Part shown: positions 1-12,607 of the stretch, piece after piece
Numbering within the stretch: position 1 is the stretch's first letter
Layout of the letters: each line of letters begins with the position of its first letter
Assembly (NCBI RefSeq): GCF_006345805.1
Contig: NC_043000.1
Location: 56,234,001-56,298,000, forward strand
Source of the DNA: Octopus sinensis
Lineage: Eukaryota
Reading direction: 5' to 3'
Length of the DNA: 64,000 bases
Notes under the pieces: generated by a model
The model's database searches: none
What the model was told of the DNA's origin: nothing
What the model saw: the letters and a program-made list of their open reading frames with translations, nothing else
Position numbers and translations under genes: made by a program

Positions 1-68
1 ACTTAATCCATTTGTCTGTCTTTGTTTGTCCCCTCTGTGTTTAGCCCCTTGTGGGTAGTAAAGAAATA
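1..68 (+). mobile_element. SINE family B, 3' tail fragment
   Basis: gtttgtcccctctgtgtttagccccttgtgggtagtaaagaaata matches the reverse complement of the tails at 27988, 28172, 37033 and 46755. Confidence 0.85.
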
Positions 69-130
69 TATATTACATTTATTGCAGTGTGTATGTGTGT
101 CCTTGTGTGATAAATGTCCATGTATATATT

Positions 131-372
131 GAGGCACACAACTTAGTGACTACACAGTGTTGGACTGACAATCATAAGACTGTGGTTCTGATTCCTGGAC
201 CGGGCAATGTGTTGCGTTCTTGAACAGTGCACTTCATTTCATGTTGCTCCAGTCCACTTGACTGGCAAAAATGAGTAATCCTGCAACAGGCTGGCATCCC
301 ATCCAGTGGGGAATATATGTGCCATGGAAACCAGAAAGTCAGCCCCATGAGTCTATATGACTCATGAAGGAT
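131..372 (+). mobile_element. tRNA-derived SINE family C, degraded
   Basis: Aligns by eye to 46482-46732 (gattcctggacc, gttcttgaacagtgcacttcatttcatgttgctccagtccac, ggcatcccatccag). Confidence 0.8.
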
Positions 373-1339
373 CATGGGGATAACAAGTTTGCTTCACAAT
401 CATCTGTGTATCTGAGTGTTGGATTATTTTCAAAAAGTAAAAAGAAATGAATTTGCACAGTATTCTGGATACAGAATACCTACTTTAAGTCTTTTACTGC
501 TGCGTGCCAACTGAACTCAGTATCAGAACAGCCCATTAATGCTTGCACCAACAGTCATTAGAGTGAAATATGGCTACTGACAGTTTGTGAGAGAGAAAAC
601 AATAACGATACAAAATGAGAGTAGAATAAATTATTTCAGAGAAGTGTGAATATATTTGTGACAATACTTGAGTATTTTCAAGTATTTTCAAAGTCAGATT
701 AAGTTCCTCAGATTGTTTCATGTATCAATATCGTATGTTTGCAAAAACAGAATGTATCAAAAGTAAAATATACAAATACACATGCACACATACTCACACA
801 CACTCACTCATATATGCACTCTCCCTCACACACACACTTTCATACACACACACACACATGTCCATATAGTTTTTAGAATATAAGAACACAATTTTAGTCT
901 TCTTACAAAAAGTGGACAAAGTGGTTCCACCATAGGCTTTTAAATCTCAGTGGGAGAAAAATTACATCAATCTGATTAGTTTCCAGTCTTACTAAGCCTT
1001 CATCAGAGAAAAGAAGTCTGTCTTTAGTACAGAGAGAGATTAGTAGCTTATAGTTGTATATAGTGTACACAAACTAGGACTTAAGTAAACTGCTCACTTT
1101 AATATGTATAACAATGGATACACTGACAACATAGCTTGGTTTTATTGGCTGGATGCTACTCCTGTCACAAATCATTTCTTGTTCATATGGACTGGTGCAT
1201 TTTTATCATGCCACTACCATTAGAGACGTAGTCTTCTATGACTGAAAAATTATACCCCTCACCACTACACCTTTTTTTCATAAGCTATCTTCTACGTCCC
1301 TCTTCAGCTGAGCATTCCTATTTTTTCAGACTCATAGGT

Positions 1340-1592
1340 ATTGGTACCATGTAAAAAAAGCACTCGTGCCAGTTCCACATAGGAGCCCCTAGGCCAATGC
1401 TGTGTAAAGGTACTCACTACACTCTGTAAAGTAGTTGGTGTTAGGAAGGGCATCCAGCCATAGAAACCATGCCAAAAACAGGCATGAACCCAGACAGTTT
1501 TTCAGCTGGCCAGTCCCAGTCAAGCAGTCCAACCCATGCCAGCATGGAGACCGGATTGATGATGATGATGATAATAATGATGATGGCGATGA
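1340..1592 (+). mobile_element. RTE-type LINE 3' tail with (GAT)n end
   Basis: ttaggaagggcatccagccatagaaacc...ccaacccatgccagcatgga followed by (gat)n; the same tail recurs more than 10 times and is joined to RTE coding sequence at 38770-38950. Confidence 0.8.
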
Positions 1593-1950
1593 TGATTATA
1601 TTGAGTTTATTCAGACTGCCAAAATTCTTAGATGAATTATTCCCACTGTTGCTATGAAGCCATACCTCTTCAAATAGATAAGGCAGGGAAATTGCTATGT
1701 TTCAAGCAACTCTCATACTTTGGCAAAAGGGCAAAAGAGGTGGAGGGTCAGTATGAAGCAGATGACCAGTGGTAATGCAAAAGAATTCATAGTACAAGGC
1801 AAGAGTACATTAGAATTGGGTATATGGTAAGAGAGGGGGGATTTCGATACCATGTTATTAGTTTAGACTAGTGGTTCTCAACTGTTGTTTTATCTATGGA
1901 TCTCTTTGGTTATTGTTTTACTCTAGCGAACCCCCATAGCCATTTGATGG

Positions 1951-2178
1951 TTAATCCTTTAGCATTCAGATTATTCTGTCAAATGCAATGCTTAGTTATT
2001 CTCGTGGTTTTCCATAAGTCATGAATTCTCTCACAATTTGGAGATTTCGATGATATAACTGTTGATTTTTAGAATGAAATTGTTAGGTTGGTGTGAGAAG
2101 CCTGATCTGACCAGTTTGAACATAAAACAGCAAGAATGCTTTGGACAGGTGTGGCTAGTTTAAATGCTAAACGGTTAA
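1951..2178. mobile_element. piggyBac-like MITE (TTAA-flanked)
   Basis: ttaatcctttagcatt ... aatgctaaacggttaa; same family at 12380, 14468, 27547 and 40282. Confidence 0.75.
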
Positions 2179-2244
2179 ATGCTACTTTTATTGATACTTC
2201 TTTCGAAATTCCTATTTTGCTTCTCACTCATCCTCTTACTCTCT

Positions 2245-2656
2245 TTACTCTTTTACTCTTTTACTTGTTTCAGTCATTTGACTGTGGACATGCTGGGGCA
2301 CCAGCTTTAGTCGATCAAATTGACCCCAGGATAAATTCTTTGTAAGCCTAGTACTTATTCTATTGGTCTCTTTTGCCGAACCACTAAGTTACAGGGGCGT
2401 AAACACATCAGCATCGGTTGTCAAGCGATGTTGGGGGGCCTGACTCAGACACACAAACACACACACACATATATATATATACATACATATATACAACGGG
2501 CTTTCTTCAGTTTCCATCTACCAAATCCACTCATAAGGCTTTGGTTGGCCCGAGGCTATAGTAGAAGGCACTTGCCCGAGGTACCATGCAGTGGGATTGA
2601 ACCCAGAACCATGTGGTTGGTAAGCAAACTACTTACCACACAGCCACTCCTGCGCC
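2245..2656 (-). mobile_element. tRNA-derived SINE family A, full length
   Basis: Minus-strand head aggagtggctgtgtggtaag (A-box-like) and gggttcaatccc (B-box-like), internal (TA/CA)n, tail gactgaaacaag(taaaaga)n. Confidence 0.9.
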
Positions 2657-2994
2657 TCACTCTCACGTAGATTAGCAATAACACTCACTGAGAAAAGATG
2701 CTTCAGTGGCCAGAAACATGTTGAACTATGTAAAACATTAGTGAAAGAAACCAAGTTATTTCTGCAGTAAATACATTTGGATCCCTAAAAATTATGCAAA
2801 CCCCCAATTTACTATTTTGCTACTCCCAAGTTTTATATGGATCCCCCACCCCCAGGGGTCATAGGGATCCTGGTTAAGAACTACTGATTCAGACTATTAG
2901 CATACTTGCCAGTATAGGAGGTTGGATAGAGAGGGTAGAATCCAACCATGATATGCATACATAGAGATATCTGCCAGCTCATCTCCCTGATTTT

Positions 2995-3099
2995 ATCAGT
3001 CACACACACACACGTGTGTGTGTGTGTGCATGTGTATATATCCACACACAATAAATATGTGCACATGTTTGTAAGTGGGGCATTTCTCTTCCTCTCTTT

Positions 3100-3130
<31 letters not shown>

Positions 3131-3484
3131 CGTAGAAACAGTGAAGAAAAGATATACATAAATATATTGGTAGACAGATTGATGAAGAGATAAATATAGA
3201 TACATACACACACACATACATGCACACAAACCCACAAAATCATTTATACATACATGCACACACATATATATATATATATACAGACACAGACATTACATTT
3301 ATTTTGGTTTAACACTTATAGGCAATATAACAATACATAGCAAACCTAAACACCACATAAATAAAAAGGAGGCACAAAACACGGATATATATGCATGTAT
3401 ATGTGTGTGTATATTTTACATATGTACAATATATAAAAACACATAGATATATGCCTATAAAAACACAAATCTATCTATGTACAG

Positions 3485-3522
<38 letters not shown>

Positions 3523-4058
3523 TAGTATGTATATACCTAAGTTCAACACAAAAAAAAAGACAAAAGAAACAAAACCATCAGGTGTATCTTATAACACAAT
3601 TATGTACACATGGGCACACATGAACTCAAATTCATGAAAATCAAACAAAATACACACGGAATCATACATACCAAACATAGATGCATACATGTGCATATAT
3701 ATATATATATATATATATACACATGCATATACACATACCTATATATCTATATATACATATATACAAGCAATATATAATTATGCAAATATATATATATACA
3801 TATATATACACATAAATATATATATATATATATATAAATGCATATAGATATATATATGCAAATATATATTTATATATATATTATATATATATATATATAT
3901 ACATATATAGATAGATAGATAGATATATACACACACACATATATATATATATATACACATATACATGCATACATATATACAAACACATAAATTGATTTAT
4001 AGCATATAAGCATAGTATATTTGGTTTCTGTTTTGGGATTTTTCTTTCTTTGTTTCTC

Positions 4059-4093
<35 letters not shown>

Positions 4094-4905
4094 GTGGTCT
4101 GCTTTATTTTTAATCGCTATATTTCTCTCTTTGTGTCTATCTAGTGGGGAATCATATTTCCATCGCTAAACACAAACCCTTTTAAGTGATTATCTCTTAG
4201 AAAAATAATAACAAATTACAAAACAAAAAAAACTAAAACAAAAGGAAAAAATAAATGAAGAAAAAGTAAAATGTGAAACAAAAAAAAAAAGACAATGAAA
4301 ATAAAATCTCATGAATGCATTGATCAGACTAGAAAACAAGTCTTCAGTCTTGAACTTGCTCACCTGTTTCGACTAACTCACTATCTCAGCTATTTAAAAC
4401 AAATATACATACATACATATGTACATGCCTATGAACGTATGTATGTATGTATGTATGTATGTATGTATGTATGTATGTAGTATGTATGTATGTATGTATG
4501 TATGTATGTATGTGTGTGTGTATGTATGTATGTTTGTATGAATGTATGTATGTATGTATGTATGTATGTATGTATGTACGCATGTACATTTATGTATATG
4601 CTTATATATATATGTGTGTGTGTGTGTGTGTATGTATATATATATACATTATATATACATGTATGCATGTAGAATATATATAAATATGTGTGTATGTGTG
4701 TGTGTATATATATATACATATATGTATATATAAACACACACACACACACGTATATAATATATATATACACATATATATATATATTAGAGAGAGAGAGAGA
4801 AGATGAGGGAGATACATACGTTATATTTATGTGTTATACATAAATATAAGTATTATATATAATTTATGCCATATGTATATCATTCTGTATCACACACACA
4901 CACAA

Positions 4906-4938
<33 letters not shown>

Positions 4939-4972
4939 TATGAATTTATACATGTGTATATATTTGTGTGTG

Positions 4973-5014
<42 letters not shown>

Positions 5015-5192
5015 TATAGATACAGACCTATTTTTTCCTATTTATCTATACACGCACACATGCATATGAGCACACACACACACACACACACACATATGTG
5101 TGTGCGTGTGTGTGTACATATATATATATGTATATGCACACATACATACACAATAAATATACATACATATTTTATTCCTACATGTATGTGTC

Positions 5193-5240
<48 letters not shown>

Positions 5241-5310
5241 TAAAATATATACACTCACATAAAGAGATGCACACAACACACGGAGTCCCACATCACAACA
5301 CACACAACAA
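2995..5310. repeat. Compound microsatellite field (TA, CA, TATG, TTTC, GA)
   Basis: Direct inspection; source of many spurious Y/I/H/T/V/C ORFs. Confidence 0.95.
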
Positions 5311-5639
5311 CAACAATGTCCAAATCAAAGGATAGCGGAAAACTTTAGGTAAACAGAAATTAATATAAAAGTATAGAAAGTTGAGTTATACTATCTACGA
5401 TACGGCATAATGATTTCAGAGATTGAAATCCATTTTATTTGCTTCTGTTCTGTTGTTTATATTACAATATTGATCTTTCATGGTTCCTTTTAAGAGAATG
5501 GAATGATTTGCAGTAAATGTGTTTAACCCTTTCTTGTTTAAAAAGACCTGACTGAAAAACAAAAAAGAATTGCTGTTAAAAAAAAAAACTGTTATTACTA
5601 ATACTACTGTTACTATTAATGATAATAATCATAATGATA

Positions 5640-6285
5640 ATGGTTTCAAATTTAGGCACAAGGCCAGTAATTTCAGAGGAGGGGCTAAGTCAATTACATT
5701 AACCCCAATGTTCCACTGGTACTTATTTTATCGATCTTGAAAGAATGAAAGGCAAAGTCGACCTTGGCTAAATTTGAACTCAGAACATAAGGATGGATGA
5801 AGTCTCGCTAAGCATTCTGCCACCTTGCTGCTTTAATGATAATAAAAATAGTCTTGATAATAAAAATAATAATGATCCTTTCTACTAAAGGCACAAGGCC
5901 TGAAATTGGGAGGAGAGGATTAGTCAATTATGATAATGCCAGTCTAGCCAATTACACATTGACCCCACAAGCTTAACTAGAACTTATTTTATCAACCTTG
6001 AAAGAATAAAAGATAAAGTAAACCTCAGTAGAATTTTAACACAAAATATAAAGATCATAACTTTGCCCTAAATGGGATGCTAGTCCAATGCAGAGCTCAA
6101 GGCCAGCAATTTTGAGTGCAGGGGACATGTTGAGCATTTGATTGGTTCTCATTTTATCGACCCTCAAAGGATGAAAGGCAAAATTAGGATTGGTGAAATT
6201 TGAACTGAGAGCATAAAGCACCAGAAGTAATCCTGCTAAGAATTTTGTCCAATGTGTTAACAATTCTGTCCAGCTCACCACCATT
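5640..6285 (-). mobile_element. Three adjacent degraded SINE B copies
   Basis: Repeated ggcacaaggcc...gtacttattttatc...gaaaggcaaagtcgacc...tttgaactcagaac at about 5640-5835, 5880-6050 and 6075-6285. Confidence 0.8.
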
Positions 6286-6380
6286 ATTATTTCATATTCC
6301 TGTTCAATTCAATTCAAGCAAACAAAGCTTCAAAACTCTTGAATCTTAAACATATTGTTCCTGTCTAATACTTTGTAATA

Positions 6381-6560
6381 CGCTTGACAACTGATGCTGG
6401 TGTGTTTACGTCCCAGTTATTTAGCGGTTTGGCAAAAGAGACTGATAGAATAAGTACTAGGCTTACAAAGAACAAGTCCTGGGGTCGATTTGCTCGACTA
6501 AAGGTGGTGCTCCAGCATGGCTACAGTCAAATGACTGAAAAAAGTAAAAGAGTAAAGAGC
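6381..6560 (+). mobile_element. SINE A, 3' half
   Basis: cgcttgacaactgatgctggtgtgtttacgtcc...aaatgactgaaaaaagtaaaagag. Confidence 0.9.
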
Positions 6561-7297
6561 AAAGAGTTCAAAAATGGGCAGATGAACTTAGGAGGGGAAG
6601 ACAGAGTCTTGAAGATGTCCCAATGTTTGGACGTCCTATAACTACCTCGACAAAGGTAATCACTGATTGTGTTCACCACATGGTGATGGATGAGAGGCTA
6701 TAAATCAAATAGCCAGTGCTATTAACATATCTTGTGAAAAAGTTAAGAATATTCTATACAATGAACTTAGTATGATGAAGGTTTCCCCTCAGTTGGTGCC
6801 ACATCTTCTGACACCTGATCAAAAGCACACCAGACTATTCACATCACAGGAAAATCTGATATTGTTTGAGGCAGATCCAGGTGGTTTCCTTGAACGTTTC
6901 CTAACTCAGGATAGGTGTTGGATTCATCACTTTGAGCAACAGGCAAAGTGACAATCTATGCAGTAGAAACAACCCTCCTCATCTGCTCCTAAGAAGGCGA
7001 AGGCCATTTCATCTGCAGGGAAACTGATGGCCTCAGTTTATTAGGATGCAAAAGAAATTGTTTATTGACTATCTTCAAAAAGGCCATACCATCAAATGTA
7101 GAGTAATATGCTAACTTGCTGAGGCAGTTATGAAAAGCTATCAAGGTCAAACATCTAGGAAAACTGATGAAAGGGGTCTTGTTTCATCAGGACAAAGCTC
7201 CAGCACATAAGTCCTTCATTTCAATGGCTATTGTGCATGACTGTGGATTTGAACTGGTTGATCAGCCACCTTATCCTCCTGATTAAGCTCTATCTGA
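6561..7297 (+). mobile_element. Mariner transposase relic (irritans/Hsmar2-like), frameshifted
   Basis: Motifs read across frameshifts: SLEDVPMFGRP, VPHLLTPDQK (WVPR/HLLT motif), WIHHFE, KKAKAISSAGKLMASV, GVLFHQDKAPAH (DNAP motif), PPYPPD (YSPDLAPSD motif). Confidence 0.9.
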
Positions 7298-7319
7298 AGT
7301 GGAAGGGAAAGTCAATCTT

Positions 7320-7680
7320 GGTGGAAGTTTAGGCAGGGGGGGGGGAGTCAATCTTGATGGAATTTAGACTTAGACTGTAAAACAGACAAAATTCCACTCA
7401 GCATTTTGTCCAGTGAGCTAATGATTCTACCAGCTCACCACCTTAAGAGTAATAATAATTATTTCTACTATAGGCACAAGGCCTGAAAATTTGGAGGAGG
7501 GAGCTAGTCATTTTCATTACCCCAAATGCTCAACTGGTACTTAATTTATCAAACCTGAAAGGATGAAGGGCAAAAATCAATCTTGGCAGAATTTAAACTT
7601 AGAACGTGCAGATGGATGAAATGGCAGGACAAAATGCAACTAAGTATTTTGCTCAACATGCTAACAACCCTGCCAGCACA
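7320..7680 (-). mobile_element. Two degraded SINE B copies
   Basis: Same central and tail motifs as the other SINE B copies (7320-7445, 7465-7680). Confidence 0.75.
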
Positions 7681-9231
7681 CCACGTTAAGAATAACAATG
7701 ATGATGATGAGGATGATGAAGATAATGATGATATAAAAAAGCATTTTTTTTTTTTTTGAGAAATAAAATATTTCCTTATTTACTCTTCCCTCCTCACTTC
7801 CCTCTAGAAAATACCAAGCAATCTTTCTGAAGTCTTCTAATATTTTTTTTTCAGATAATGCACACACATTTACTGCTTTACCATCAACAGTGAGGGTGAG
7901 GTGGTCATCTAAGTTATCTTCAGGCAGCTCAATGTTAGAATCATTTTGTTAAACGTCTCCACATCATTAATCAGAGATTTAGAATAAAGACTACAATTCA
8001 TAAATAGATAAATTATTTATTTATATGATCAATTCACAACTTGGAAATTATATTAAACCTTTAAATAAAAACATCATCTAGTTTAAACACCTACCCCACC
8101 ACCACTGCCTGGCCCTTGAGTGCCTTTAGCAGAGTTTTCTACTCAGCTGTAAGCATGTGGACCAAGGTTCTTTTCTGAGAATATTGCAATTTTTCTGTCT
8201 TCTCTCTTGCACCATCCCACTACCACCACCACTACCACCTCCATCACTAGTCTTTCGAAGCCATGAAAAAAAAAAGATCATGAGCACTAACCTTCCTTCT
8301 CTGATTAAGAAAAAACATTTTTTTCTTTAAATAAATATAGAAGGCTCCACCGCTTCTTCAGCCCAGCAACCACCACTATAACAACACTCCCATAAAAATG
8401 AAAGTAAAATCATCAGCTTATCTTAACAAAAGAGAATATTTACCACTTCTAAAAGACTTTACAGATTTTGTTTTTCTTGTTTTGTTTGTTTGTAAGTTTT
8501 CTTTTTGTTTTTTGATATTTTTCTGAGTTTTTTTTAGTTTTTTGGTTTTTTTTTCTGTTCTTCAAATCATTATCTTTCTGAGTTTGTCTTGACAAAAACT
8601 GCAGCATAAATAGATGCGATCTCTTGTCAATGTTCAGAGACAAGATGTCTCGCGTGGATATTATTTTCATTCTAACTCATATAATAGCATTTCGATCAAG
8701 AGTGAATATTTACCCCATTCATCTTATTCCTCTCATAACATCTATCATAAGTCAATTTTACAATGGCTGGCTAATATTCTTTCTAACACTTAATTTTGTT
8801 TTCTATTTTGTTTTTTTTTTATTTTTATTTTTCAAGATAAGTAAAGTAAATAACCCTTACAGCACAAACATATACGCACCACACAACACAAGTACATGTA
8901 GAATTTACTAAACGAGAAAGAAGACATATGTATGAATACGTACAGGAAATAAAAGGAGCTTCCATCAATTTCAAAGATGAGTATTATTATTCTAGTTATT
9001 TGATCAACAAAAGTACTTATCCACTCATTTGTACTGGCCTGTAAGAGGCAAAATATCTCCAGACACATGTATACTTAATGAGATATGATCAGGTAGACTC
9101 AGTATGACTTATGGGCACTTAGAAATTCACTCAATTTCAAGTTAGTCCAGAGTGAGCTCACTACGAGCAAATACTTTATTTATTTTTGCATCTCATAATT
9201 CTACACATACACATATATATACATATATATA

Positions 9232-9465
9232 TGTGGTTGGGTAATGGTTAGGATGTTGGACTCATGATTATAAGGTTTTGGTTTCGATTCCTGAACCTGA
9301 TGGTGCATTGTGTTCATGAGCAAAACATTTCGCACTATTCCAGACTGCTCAGCTGGCAGATATGAGTAATTCTGTGTCAGACTAGCGTCCTAACCAGGGG
9401 GTAAATATATGCACAACAGAAACTGGGAAACCAGCTTTATAAGTCTATATGGCTTGGGAAAGATC
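9232..9465 (+). mobile_element. SINE C, degraded
   Basis: gtaatggttaggatgttggactcatg...ggtttcgattcctga...ttcatgagcaaaacatt...ccagactgctcagctggcag. Confidence 0.75.
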
Positions 9466-9598
9466 AGATCATGATCAAATGTACTAGATCTGTATCCCAA
9501 CCATCTCATCTTTTTGTATCATGGGGACTTTGTTGTCCAACATACCTGTCATTAAGCAAAGCCTCACCACATGAAACCATTAAAAGAATATCATGACA

Positions 9599-9995
9599 CA
9601 GGTGTAGGCATGGTTGTGTGGTAAGAAGTTTGCTTCCCAACCCAACCACATGGTTCCAGCCCTGCATGGCACCTTGGGCAAGTACCTTCTACTATAGCCT
9701 CAAGCCAACCAAAGCCTAATGAATGGATTTAATAGATGGAAACTGGAAGAAGACCATCGTATAAGTATATATGTATGTAATGTGTCTTTGTGTCTGTGTT
9801 TGTCCCTCACCACCAATTGACAACTGGCATTGATGTGTTTACATTCCTGTAACTTAGCAGTTCAGCAAAAGACCTCAACAGAACTTTACAAAAACAATAA
9901 GTACTAGAGTCAATTCATTCAAGTAAAATTCTTCAAAATGGTGCCCCAGCAGAGTCACAGTCTCATGACTGAAACAAGTGAAAGGTAAAAGATAA
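9599..9995 (+). mobile_element. SINE A, diverged full-length copy
   Basis: Head ggttgtgtggtaagaag, body and gactgaaacaag tail are all present. Confidence 0.85.
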
Positions 9996-10022
9996 AATAA
10001 AAAAGCTGAATATATCAATTGC

Positions 10023-10445
10023 AAAACATGTGGAGGATAGCAAGAAGCAATCAACCATGTTGTCTCTGGATACCTGATCTGGTCTTAGCCAAGAAGATAC
10101 ATCTACAGTTGTGACAAGAGTTGGTACTTTCATACACTGCAAAGTTATGTCAAGTGTTATGAAATTCCAGCAAAAAGAAGTGGTATAAACACACATCATA
10201 AAATGTATCAAAGAAAGATAAAGTGCTTATATTGTAGAGCGTGTTGATCAACACAAGTAGAAATAAAAGCAATTGGCCAAATATTTTAACGGAAAACCTA
10301 GTTAGGAAGCTCTTGCTAATCAAAGTATAATCTTAACAAGAGATAATGCTGTTCTAAAATATATAGAGAATTATTCAAATTTAAAAATCTGGAAATAGAG
10401 ACAACCAGAATTTGGTGGACTAAAAGTAGACACAATTCTGACAAA
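10023..10445 (+). mobile_element. R4/Dong-like non-LTR retrotransposon relic, C-terminal zinc knuckle and restriction-like endonuclease
   Basis: Reads KTCGG*QEAINHVVSG (CCHC region), then across frameshifts YEIPAK.KWYKHT, DKVLIL*, KSNWPNIL (ANRPDIV motif) and KNLEIETTRIW (YKDLEIE..RMW motif). Confidence 0.8.
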
Positions 10446-10771
10446 TAATAGAATTTCTTAGATCTCTTCACCAAATCATACTCTATTTAAAATACCAAAA
10501 CTAAAAGGGATACACACACATAAACACACAGCCACACACACACACATACATAAATAAAATACATGACTTCAGCAACGTAACCACATACATGCTGTTGGTG
10601 ATTTCTTTTCCTTCTTTGGAGTTTTCCCTTTCTCCTTTCCTATGAAGAGCTGTGCTTGAAACATCAAACTCTCTCTCTTCACCAAGCATCAAGCTAATAC
10701 ATTCCTTGTGCACATCCTCTTGTTGTCTGTTAATTTTATTCATCTATTTGAATTGATTGTTTATTTGAATT

Positions 10772-10820
<49 letters not shown>

Positions 10821-10822
<2 letters not shown>

Positions 10823-11213
10823 TACAGGAGTGGCTGTGTGGTAAGTAGCTTACTTACCAACCACATCGTTCCAGGTTCAGTCCCACTGTGTAGCAGCTTG
10901 GGCAAGAGTCTTCTACTGTAGCCTCAGCCCAACTAAAGCCTAGTGAGTGGATTTGGTAAATGGAAACTGAAAGAAGCCCATCATCTATATATATGTATGT
11001 GTGTGTGTGTGCGTGTTTGCCTTTGTTTGTCCTCCACAACATCGCTTGACAACCGATGCTGGTGTGTTTACGTCCCTGTAACTTAGTGGTTCAGCGAAAG
11101 AGACCAATAGAATAAGTACTGGGCTTACAAAGAATAAGCCCTGGGGTCGATTTGCTTGACTAAAGGCAGTGCTCCAGCATGGCTACAGTCAAATGACTGA
11201 AACAAATAAAAGA
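10821..11213 (+). mobile_element. SINE A, full length
   Basis: Close match to the copies at 22033 and 60295. Confidence 0.92.
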
Positions 11214-11449
11214 ATATATGTATATATACATATACACACACAACATTAAAGAGAATGTAGTGACACTAATCATAAATGTCAACAGTATTGCTAAGAGAAA
11301 GTCAGCTCACTCATCTGCCAAACATATGTACCCTACTTCTAGGAAAATTAAAGGCATCATCTACCAGCCATAGTAGTCTGCTACTGACTAACACCACCCT
11401 TCACACTCATGCTCTCCCACCATTATTGCAGTGTTGTGTTCATTGTTTT

Positions 11450-11860
11450 TAACAATATCTTCTATTGTGATCACTTTGCTGCCCATATACCTCCCAGAAT
11501 TCTTCTACTTCCTTTACTGTTGGAATTACATTCATTTCTATTTTATTTTTACCTGAGTCTTGGTAAAATAGTTTGGGTTGGAACCGAACTATTGATTTGT
11601 TCAGAGAAACTTGTCAGTCTTCATAAGATGGATTTGATTTTGTGATTTAGCAAGCATCTATCGTGTCAAACATTCTTTGATTTCAGATACTTCAGTTCTG
11701 TATCTCATAATTCTATAACATTTGCCTTTCTTCCTTGTTTTCAGTTTTTTTTCATTTTGCTATTGATTTCATCATGGACTGGTATACCTTTTCTCTTATT
11801 TTGTATCTTTTCTATACATTTGTTTTCCAAGGTGTCTATTTCGGCTTTGATACTCCTGCC
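11450..11860 (-). mobile_element. R4/Dong-like non-LTR relic, pre-RT N-terminal region
   Basis: Minus strand reads IKAEIDTLE...EIKECLTR*MLAKSQ...PKLFYQDSGKNKIEMNVIPTVKEVEEFW..DHN, resembling the QN..F..N.K.FY..L...P..EEVE.FW..IW....HN segment of R4-clade ORFs (recalled consensus). Confidence 0.7.
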
Positions 11861-12379
11861 TAAAAAGATCTGAAGGAGTACTCACTTTCCTTTTGAATAA
11901 CACAGTAGCTGGATATACTATTACTCCAACCTAGTGATATTGATTTTCCTGTTTGTTTTTATTAAATCTGTGATGAACAGGTTTGTATTTTTGCTGGTGC
12001 CAATTTTATCATTGAAATGAGGTATTTTCAATGGCTCACTGAAGATCTACTGTTGTTTTTAATTTTTAATAATTATTTCCACCTTTAGATTGTTGTGTTC
12101 ATAAATTCTCTCTATTATAGAAAATATGGAAGTATGTGCGTGGTTTTCAAAACTTAGGATGAAGCATGAATGCAGGAGAAACTGATGGACTAGAAATCTA
12201 TATTATAATATGACAGTATCCTATAAGAGACACTGCAAGTAGTGCTGTTAATCCATGGCTCATCCTCACTCTTGGAACAGAGTATGGCCAGGCAGTAAAA
12301 ACCAAGATGGCATTTAGTAAAATGGTCCAGCTAGATTTGCTCGTCCAATGACCCTTAAAAAAAGCATAAGACAAACCAG

Positions 12380-12607
12380 CCTTGCATTTAACATTCAGAT
12401 TACTCTCTCAAATGTAATGCTTATTTATTCACATTGTTTTGAATTAATCATGTATCAACTTTTAGCTTTGAGTTTTCAATGATGTCATTGTTTACTTTTA
12501 GAATGACATTGTAAGGTTGGTGTAAGAGGTCAAATCTATCCAGTTTTAACATAAAATAGATAGAACATTTAAGCTAGATATGGCTAGTTTAAATGTTAAT
12601 GGGTTAA
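12380..12607. mobile_element. piggyBac-like MITE
   Basis: Body matches 1951-2178; right end aatgttaatgggttaa. Confidence 0.75.

Larger units (their letters stand above)
1869..2886. mobile_element. hAT (Charlie-like) MITE carrying nested insertions
   Basis: TIRs tagtggttctcaac (1869) and gttaagaactactg (to 2886); 8-bp flanks gtttagac/attcagac match at 6/8 and resemble the NTCTAGAN target preference of Charlie elements. Confidence 0.6.

Noticed and set aside
1600-1635. IEFIQTAKILR* resembling the R4-type C-terminus (GTAKILR)
   Set aside because: Too short to support a call.
2881-5335. Many 60-130 aa ORFs rich in Y, I, H, T, C, V and M
   Set aside because: They are translations of stop-free dinucleotide and tetranucleotide microsatellites; the same applies at 31.5, 43.9, 53.3 and 57.7-59.1 kb.
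7798-7950. Minus-strand frame NDSNIELPEDNLDDHLTLTVDGKAVNVCALSEKKILEDFRKIAWYFLEG before gtgagg
   Set aside because: In-frame TAA just upstream, no good acceptor, a 9-A run and no recognised homology.
10023-11860. Twin-primed single R4 insertion
   Set aside because: The inverted N-terminal piece lies 3' of the plus-strand C-terminal piece, the wrong side for twin priming.
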